From positions 21,998,767 to 22,062,766 of the forward strand of contig OZ037766.1 in assembly GCA_964035545.1 (NCBI GenBank): a stretch of DNA of 64,000 nucleotides, written 5' to 3'. A program made the translations under genes and the position numbers. The notes beneath the pieces were generated by a model. The model was not told the origin of the DNA. It was given only the letters and a program-made list of their open reading frames with translations, and ran no database searches. This stretch comes from Bugula neritina (lineage: Eukaryota > Animalia > Bryozoa). Positions 13,724 through 20,911 of the stretch are shown here, one piece after another; within the stretch, counting starts at the first letter, position 1, and each line of letters starts with the position of its first letter.

Positions 13724-14777
13724 TCATTGGTTGGACTCTGCTTCTTGTAGTGACCGTGCTCTGTGTCGAGCCTGTCGGGCCCGTAGCCGCCTCTTCAGTC
13801 GTCCCACTGAGTCCTTCAACTGGTATAGACCTGTCGTCGTATCCAGCAGGTCAGGGGCAAGTTGTGTGAACTCGGCTTGCAGTCTTAGAAGCCGCTCTTC
13901 TACGTTAGCCAGCTGGCTAGGCCTTGGTGGGGTTATAGGGGTCTCCGTTAGACGGGATATGGTTGTTTCTTCTACTTCTGGGGTGTGGCTAGGGTTGACG
14001 GGGGTAGGAGGTGGGCCCTGAACCATAGGGGACTTATGGCGGGCAGATAGTAGCAGTACGTGAAACCCTGACGTTAGTGCGGCCAGGGTGATAGCCTTCC
14101 TGATGACTGGCTTGATGGCATCCAGGTATAGGGGGAAACTGTCTTCATCAACAGTGTGGTTCTCTCCGGCGAAGCAGCTTAGCTTATGTACTGTCACGGG
14201 ATACGGGTAGACGTCGTGGAACCCGCAGGGACAGAAGTGGAGTAGGAAATGGGCATCCACATGTAAACGCAAGGAGCGGTGTGACGGGCACTCCTCAAAG
14301 CAGACCTGGCAGGTTCGGTGTGGTCCACTGGGTCCCCAGGCTTCTTCAATTCTCCTCTCTGTCGTGGGTGACACCCAACGGTGTCGTCGGCGGAGTACTA
14401 CTGGTATGCCATTCTCCATTACAGGCTCTTCTTCCATAGACAGAGAGGTTGGCTGGTCCCGTGACCGGGAGGTGGTCACTCGAGTGTGATCTGAAAGAGT
14501 AGCAGTGTTAAAGATTATACACTGAGGCACCGTCGGCGTGTACAGCCTGACCGGTACTCTGTTCAGTTACACTCGTGAGATTCAGGCTAATGAATAGTTG
14601 ATGGAGAACACACTCGCTATGACAGATTATTTAAAATCAAAGTCGACGTGTATTCCCACCACTGTTTATCATTATCGAATCTCCAGCTTAGCTAGTGTAG
14701 CTAAGCTGACTGATGCAGTCTAGTTATCGTACCAAAAACATAATTAACTCACCCTTCGATCCAGAATAGTAAGACAT
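13724..14777 (-). CDS. Accessory ORF3 of the LTR element: predicted 263-aa spliced tandem zinc-finger / coiled-coil / Arg-rich protein
   Basis: Exon 1 14777-14753 (CAAAATG TCT TAC TAT TCT GGA TCG AAG G|GTGAGT), intron 14752-14491 ending CTACTCTTTCAG, exon 2 14490-13724 in frame (G+AT=Asp). Motifs C-x2-C-x12-H-x3-H (CQVC...HVDAH) and C-x-C-x12-H-x3-C (CPC...HKLSC). Confidence 0.7.
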
Positions 14778-14800
14778 TTTGGAATGAAAGTGGTAACTGA

Positions 14801-17059
14801 TTACTGTTTACTGGCACGTCTACTCTCGACTGCATCAACATAGGAAAAGACCGGACAGCGTGGTTGTGAAACGTGACTAGGGCTTTTCACTTCCAGCGGA
14901 TGAATCTCGTGTGAGATTCCGCCGAGGCAAAAGTTGAGATTCTCGTGGTGATCACAACTCCCACGGCTCTTTGCCTGTTTTCCCATGCGAGGCCTCTCTA
15001 GACTTTTGTTACTGCCGCTTATACCGCGGTCACGTACACAGTCTCTGAGACACGCTGGAAGTTGCCTAGTGTGTGGTGCTGGTCCTATGTTGGCATCTCC
15101 TTGCGGAGCCCCTCCCACGGGGGGTTTTTGCACTTCCGGACCTGTTTCTGGTTCCGGAAGTGGTGATGATGGCAGGCTTGACGTTGGGGGCGGTGGGCGC
15201 ACTTTCAAGGACGGAAGTGGCCTTTCTCGCCTCGCCAAGTCTTCCTGACGTGTCATGGAGGTGTTTCCGGCCAGGTTGACAGTCTCCGCCTGCCGAGACC
15301 TTCTCGCACAATGCGTCTGCCGCCCCGCTTCACCAGGGAGACGGCTATGCTTGTTGGTCTGGCAGACTTTGCACCGTCTCACTCTGCGTCGGATATCCCG
15401 TTCCATGTTAGGCCAGTACCACCGGAGTTGTAGCTTGGTGACCACCCTTTGGACTCCTCCGTGAGTCTCCTCGTGAGTGTCTTGTATCAACTTCCGGCGG
15501 ATGGCAACTGGGCAGACAACCCTCTTCCTGGCTGGCTGTCTGCTGTTGGTGGCCAAGGTCATGGTTAGCAGACCATCTGGCCCGACCCGCAGAGAGCTCC
15601 AACGTTGACAGTACAGCCGTAACTCGGCGCATCCCTGTCGCCGTTGTGTACTACTGGGTCGTCGCCCCTCCTGTTTCGCTCGGTACACGTCGGCTACCAC
15701 CCCAGGAAGGCATTCCTGGAGCTTCGGCAGCTCCCTAACGTTACCAGCCCATACAGGTTTGGCGCGGAGGCTCTGGGCAGCCTCCGGGGGCGTGTCAGCC
15801 CTCTGTTGAAGTGGCTGAGCAGGGGCGGTCCTCGCCGCCCGTGGTACCTCACGGCAGCCTGCTCTATTTAGGCGGGCTCCGTGGTTTGTGTGGCTGAACG
15901 TCTCACTGTACCCATGTGGCAACCTAGCCATAGCCTGGCGCTTCCCGTTGCCTGTGCAGCCACGCGTCCCTGGAGGAGGGGAGGCGTGGGTTGGGACGGT
16001 CCTCCGCCCTCGAGACGGGCTCTGCTGAGGACCTTCCGTCGTAGCTCCCGACGACGGCCCAATGGCTTCCTCCTGGACAGGATGGAAGCGACCCAGCATG
16101 GATCTGGGTGGTAGGTCTACTGTCTCTGAGAAGGGGTTGACACACTGCACTGAGATCTCTCCTTGCCCCGTGAGCCGGCTAAAACTACGGGCAAGTTGGA
16201 CTCTCGAGTGTGTACTTTCGACAACTCCCAACTTAGAGGTTTGGCCACCGTCTACCTTGCAGCGGACGGTAGCCCGGGAGTGGCCTGGTATAGTACAGCT
16301 CCGTACTACCTGCACTGCTCCCGCTAGAGGACGACCAAACTTATCGACACAAGCGAGCTCCTTGTCGCCCATGATTATCGCAGATTTACTGAAATCGATG
16401 CGACAACCGTGTCGTTGTAAGAATGGCATCCCGAGGATAGCATCCTCGTTGAGCTGCCCGACGATAAACGTCTCTTGGATGGCCTGGTTACGGACGTAAC
16501 CAGTTAGCTCAATAATGCCGTAGAAGGGAATGCACGACCCGTCTGCCAAGGTGCCATGATCCCCCTCGTACGGTGCCAACCTGTCCTTGACCTTAGCGCT
16601 GAGGGTGTCAAAGAACTGACGGCTAAGGAGGTTGGTGGTGCAGCCGGAGTCCAGGAGGAAGTTGGCAGGCTTGCCGGCTAACTTCCCTGGCAGGAAGTAG
16701 CTACTTCCGTGCGGCTGCAATTGAGTGTGCCGTGGTTGCACCTCCCTCGCTGTGGGTCGAGGGGTCCACGGTTGGCGGCGACTATTGACCAGCTGCCGAG
16801 GTTGGGGCAGTACGCCTTGCGGCGCTTGTACCGTTTCCCTCGCAGGCTCTGTGGTCAACCGTCTGCCGGCTCCGTGTTGGTGCCGGAGTGGCGTAGAGGA
16901 CCCAGGCGGCGAGTGGCTTGAGCCTACTTGCCGCGAGGGTCGCCACTTCACAGCATCTCCGCGCGGCGCCCAGCGGGGCGACAGACGCGTGGGCCTCCCT
17001 GGGTGATTCACAGACGGCCCGCAGGAGGTGGGAACATCTGCGGGCCGGGGTAGTTTAAC
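14801..17059 (-). CDS. pol: Internally deleted Pol (aspartic protease + integrase HHCC zinc finger; no RT, RNase H or DDE core), likely reached by -1 frameshift
   Basis: Open frame 17161-14801; protease FLLDSGCTTN and ILGMPFL; THEETHGG...WYWPNM...CKVCQ integrase finger; no YxDD, RNase H or DDE motifs recognisable. Confidence 0.85.
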   Translation of the reverse strand, partial: VKLPRPADVPTSCGPSVNHPGRPTRLSPRWAPRGDAVKWRPSRQVGSSHSPPGSSTPLRHQHGAGRRLTTEPARETVQAPQGVLPQPRQLVNSRRQPWTPRPTAREVQPRHTQLQPHGSSYFLPGKLAGKPANFLLDSGCTTNLLSRQFFDTLSAKVKDRLAPYEGDHGTLADGSCIPFYGIIELTGYVRNQAIQETFIVGQLNEDAILGMPFLQRHGCRIDFSKSAIIMGDKELACVDKFGRPLAGAVQVVRSCTIPGHSRATVRCKVDGGQTSKLGVVESTHSRVQLARSFSRLTGQGEISVQCVNPFSETVDLPPRSMLGRFHPVQEEAIGPSSGATTEGPQQSPSRGRRTVPTHASPPPGTRGCTGNGKRQAMARLPHGYSETFSHTNHGARLNRAGCREVPRAARTAPAQPLQQRADTPPEAAQSLRAKPVWAGNVRELPKLQECLPGVVADVYRAKQEGRRPSSTQRRQGCAELRLYCQRWSSLRVGPDGLLTMTLATNSRQPARKRVVCPVAIRRKLIQDTHEETHGGVQRVVTKLQLRWYWPNMERDIRRRVRRCKVCQTNKHSRLPGEAGRQTHCARRSRQAETVNLAGNTSMTRQEDLARRERPLPSLKVRPPPPTSSLPSSPLPEPETGPEVQKPPVGGAPQGDANIGPAPHTRQLPACLRDCVRDRGISGSNKSLERPRMGKQAKSRGSCDHHENLNFCLGGISHEIHPLEVKSPSHVSQPRCPVFSYVDAVESRRASKQ

Positions 17060-17958
17060 CCTGGTGGGAGTTGAGGGCAGTTTCTCTGGAAATGTCCTGG
17101 CCTTCCGCATTCCCAGCAGAAGTGGTGCCCCATGCCTGGTGATTGTACCTGCGGCCCGCAAGGCTCACGGGCAGTATCTACCTGGCTTGGGGAGGCTAAT
17201 GTGGTGACCAGTTTATCTAGCATGTCAGTCATCTGTGAGATTTTTGACGCTAGTGACATCTGGTTCACACTAGCCACCGCGGAGGGTTCCGCATTTAATT
17301 CAGTGTGAGCAGTAGAGTGCTCCGTGGTCACCTGGCGGGAGGCCACGCGGTTGCGGTGCATATGAGTCGCCAAGAGATAGGCTTCTCCCACCGCAAGTAC
17401 ATCTTCGACTGTGGTGACTCCCCTCGCTTGGAGTTGATGGTGGAGCCCCAAGTCGTTGATGGACTGCACGAAGGCATCATAGGTATACCTCTCACGGTGT
17501 ACCGGAGGCAGATCGCGGAATGCAATCTGCGCTAATGGGTACACCGTGGCAGCGTGCTCTTCTAGTGACGTGTGAGGATCACGCCGCATCCTCTGTAGAC
17601 GGGCCCGCGCATCTATGGGAGAGATGCCAAAGCGGGCCCGCAGGGAAGCAAAGATTCCGTCTATGTCAGGTCCAGCTCCGTACGGCTTAGCTTTGCCCGT
17701 CAACGCCATCCTGAGCTTTAGCAACGCCACCCATGGCGGCCATTCTGCAATCTCCATCACATCCTGGAATTCTTGGATGAACTGCTCCACTGCTTCTTCG
17801 CCAGTGAAGTTGGGCGCCTTCAGCCGGTATCTATCTTCACCATGCTCTCTAAGAATTCTCACTTCTTCATCTAACACCACTGGTTCCACAGGTATATCAA
17901 CATTATCTCTCTCACCTTCATTCAGTGGAATGGGTAGCTCCGTGCCGTCTTCTGCCAT
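17008..17958 (-). CDS. gag: Gag (capsid-like region + CCHC zinc knuckle)
   Basis: First ATG at 17958 (MAEDG...); capsid-like PNFTGEEAVEQFIQEFQDVMEIAEW; knuckle CWECGRPGHFQRNC; TGA at 17008-17010. Confidence 0.9.
   Translation of the reverse strand: MAEDGTELPIPLNEGERDNVDIPVEPVVLDEEVRILREHGEDRYRLKAPNFTGEEAVEQFIQEFQDVMEIAEWPPWVALLKLRMALTGKAKPYGAGPDIDGIFASLRARFGISPIDARARLQRMRRDPHTSLEEHAATVYPLAQIAFRDLPPVHRERYTYDAFVQSINDLGLHHQLQARGVTTVEDVLAVGEAYLLATHMHRNRVASRQVTTEHSTAHTELNAEPSAVASVNQMSLASKISQMTDMLDKLVTTLASPSQVDTAREPCGPQVQSPGMGHHFCWECGRPGHFQRNCPQLPPGLNYPGPQMFPPPAGRL
17015..17059 (-). promoter_or_regulatory. Programmed -1 ribosomal frameshift cassette (gag to pol)
   Basis: G TTA AAC (17059-17053) in gag register, 5-nt spacer, perfect 10-bp stem CGGCCCGCAG/CTGCGGGCCG with 13-nt loop; the -1 frame is the pol ORF (VKLPRPADVP). 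Confidence 0.8.
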
Positions 17959-17974
17959 GACTGCTATACGCAAG

Positions 17975-17992
17975 ATCCCACCGCTGCCACCA
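17975..17992 (-). promoter_or_regulatory. Primer-binding site complementary to the 3' end of tRNA-Leu
   Basis: TGGTGGCAGCGGTGGGAT, 1 nt inside the 5' LTR; it is the complement of ATCCCACCGCTGCCA-CCA, the 3' end of metazoan tRNA-Leu(AAG/TAG). Confidence 0.9.
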
Positions 17993-17993
17993 C

Positions 17994-18344
17994 TGTAGTA
18001 ATTTGTGCAATTACTGAGCGTGAGTTATTTACTTGCGTATAGTTAGCTGGTTATTCTGTTATCAATTACTAAGGTAGCTGTCGAGTAATTATATTTATTA
18101 TCCACAATAAAGCATAAACCAAACATCACATCAATTATCCTATACAAGAGTCAACTACTAACACATGTTACTACTACAAGCCTCCGCTTACAACAACGTG
18201 ATATAATGTTAATAACCCGGGAAGTGTCACGTGACTCGGAAGCATATCTTCCGGAGCTGCTAATTGGTTGCTACATAAGAGTCTAAGTATTCCAAGAATA
18301 GGGAGAGGGCGATTCCTGTATTTGTACTTGCACTACTCACTACA
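17994..18344 (-). repeat. 5' LTR (351 bp)
   Basis: Direct repeat of 13083-13433 with 1 mismatch; adjacent to the PBS. Confidence 0.97.
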
Positions 18345-18809
18345 ATATTTCTACATCTGAAGAATCTCCATTATTAAAAATATAAGACAGCAGAGGTAGC
18401 TTAAAGGCTATTGAAATTTTTTGAATATGAACAATGCAATTCTAGTTATTTGACTGGTTTTTGTAAGTAAAAATTTGCAATTTTCAATTTTTCGTGAATT
18501 TAGTTAACTGCTACAAAATCGAGAGTCTGCTCAGTGTGAGAAGTTTTAGAAGTTACCGTATTCCAATATCTTCACTTGCAGCTTTAAAAAAGTTGGCATT
18601 TAGAGCTTCAACAAACAGATGTAAAGTCAACATAAGAAGTAAAGCAAAACTAGGTATAATAGAAAATACTTTTCTCAAAGAAAATTAATTATTTTCTTTT
18701 CACTGTTGAAATTGCATGTAGCCCCAAATGTGCAACTAGAGTTGTAAAGAAAACTGGTGACATTACGAATATAGTACATTTTACATGTTTAAAAGACCTG
18801 AAAAGACTG

Positions 18810-19218
18810 GGATAATTTTACTTAATTTAGTACACACTGGATATCTTCAGTTTTTAAATATTTTTCACAATTTAGCTGGTAATGAACATGGCTTTTTGGC
18901 CAAAACTAGTAAAGCACATATAAATACACCGAAACAATTAAGGTTCTTCTTGATTTCTCATGTTTTTTCTTATATATTTAGCTTATTAGGAGTGGAGACC
19001 GTTACGAAAAAACCGTAACGGTCCGCAACCAAAAGTAGCTGAATAATTAGAAAAAAAACATGGGAAATGAAGCAAAGTTAAAAATAACTTTATTTAAGTG
19101 TATTTATTGGTGATTTACTAGTTTTGGCCAAAAAACCCATGTCCATTAGCAGTTAAATTGTGAAAAATAGCTAAAAATTGAAGATATCCAGTGTGTACTA
19201 AATTAAGTAAAATGACCC
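18810..19218. mobile_element. Fold-back MITE with long TIRs and 4-bp TSD (Sola2-like termini), copy 1
   Basis: ggataattttacttaatttagtacacactggatatcttc ... gaagatatccagtgtgtactaaattaagtaaaatgaccc; ACTG on both flanks; arms pair over most of the element. Confidence 0.85.
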
Positions 19219-20255
19219 ACTGATAATTTTCGAAACCAGCTTTATAAATATTGGGCAGTTTAGAAATCATGTTTTTAATAAATAGGTATATATTTAAATT
19301 TGCAAAAGTTGCACATTATGTATAATTCAACAAGTGCCGTGGAAAACGACTACTTATTCATTTAGGCTTCACACTTATTTCCATGTCTTTATTTTTTCCA
19401 ATTGATTGATATTTCAACAAGTTATGCAACTTTCACTTACAAAGTGCTCATAACTGAATAGGAAGCTATACACACATATGTCAAAGTTTTTACTAGAAGA
19501 CCAACATTTTACTACTAGGAACAATAACACAACACCAGCCATCCTAAATACAATGATTTCCATAACATAACAACTTTTATCTTATATTACAGCTGAAAGA
19601 TTGCAACTGACTCTTTCTGTTTACTCGGACAACAAAACCAACTCCAATATAATCAGGATGTGTAATGGAATATACACTTTGATAGGACTATATATTAATG
19701 GATTACCATGCAGAGGGGTAAGTTGGACAAATTGTAGTATGCAATAGCTAATTAGAGTTAAACGGATATAGAAACAACCAGTTGAAGATCCATCTGTATT
19801 GAAGGGTAAGTACTTGCTTCCACCTATTTAAGAAAATTTCTTAAAACAGAAAAGAGTCGGCTATAGTGTATTAAACTTAGCTGAAAGTATAGACACTTGA
19901 AATATGCACAAAAACTGTTGAAAACAAAATCCAAACTAATATAAAACCAAACTTGATATTTAAGACTGATTCTTTATTTTTTGGTCAATTCAACATATCA
20001 GGATTTTTGAAGCTTCCTTTTCAGTTGCCACATATGTGAAACAGTTGTTTTTGTATATGTTTTGTTAATAGGCTTTTAAAAATCACTTTATTTTAGCAGC
20101 TGCTAGTGGCTAATTTAGTTTCATTTCTCTTTGCTGCATATTTACTGCAATATTTGGTACCTTATTCAACAGGCCCTAACTGGGGTTGTTTACACCATGC
20201 TTTTACATTTATAGACTGAACCTCAGGCTTGAATCACAAGTGATTACATCTAATC

Positions 20256-20495
20256 ATGGCAGCAAGTACCACGGCAGCACTTGAAGATTATTATATTGGA
20301 AATCAGAATGATGGAGAAAACTTTCATTCCCCATTTGATGTGCCCAAAAACACACACATAACGATTGGTGTTGTGGTTGGAGTGGGAGTGTTAATCATCA
20401 TACTAGTTGTTATTTGGTGCTTTAAACCTTGTGCTACAAGAGACAACAGAACTAAAGGCTCCACAATCACTTGCACGTCTATTGCATCCAATTGA
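20256..20495 (+). CDS. 79-aa single-pass membrane microprotein, unknown family
   Basis: ATCATGG start, hydrophobic ITIGVVVGVGVLIIILVVIWCF followed by basic/Cys residues; upstream acceptor (atttatag, about 20214) and a candidate non-coding exon about 19592-19805 (ttacag| ... |gtaagt); AATAAA at 20749. Confidence 0.6.
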   Translation: MAASTTAALEDYYIGNQNDGENFHSPFDVPKNTHITIGVVVGVGVLIIILVVIWCFKPCATRDNRTKGSTITCTSIASN

Positions 20496-20911
20496 TTACT
20501 GCCGGTTCTCTGATGACTGGATACGAAACTATGTCGTACACTTGATAATCAGGTGGCTGTGTAACTGAATGCATTATTTTAAATTATAGATTTTAAAACT
20601 ATTTAAAGTTCAAAAGTAGAAAGCATTATTATCATATTTTATTGGCAATTTACCATTGATTTTTTATATAGTTTTGTACAATGTTGAAATAAGCATAATG
20701 AAATTAACGTTATAGGTATCCCTGCTTGACTGATTTGTTAATGCCTAAAATAAACTATTTTATTGAGCTGTAAATTTTCCTAAAAAAACCCACATAATAA
20801 AAATTGCAATAATACTGAAACTGCGGCCTTTATATGATTAGCACAGTAAAAATTCGAGATTTGTAACGTGAAGTTAAAAAAAAGCTAAGATACTGGGTGT
20901 GAATACTATGT

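Larger units (their letters stand above)
13083..18344 (-). mobile_element. Young, non-autonomous Ty3/Gypsy-type LTR retrotransposon (gag, pro-deltaRT/RH-partial IN, accessory ZnF gene)
   Basis: Two 351-bp direct repeats with TGTAGT...ACTACA ends, ATAT TSD (13079-13082 / 18345-18348), PBS, PPT, gag with CCHC, protease before an RT remnant and an integrase HHCC (Gypsy domain order). Confidence 0.96.

Noticed and set aside
17975-17992. tRNA-Leu gene
   Set aside because: Only the 3' 18 nt including CCA; this is the PBS.
13659-17998. Many + strand and alternative-frame ORFs within the LTR element
   Set aside because: Expected shadow ORFs of GC-rich coding sequence; no recognisable motifs.
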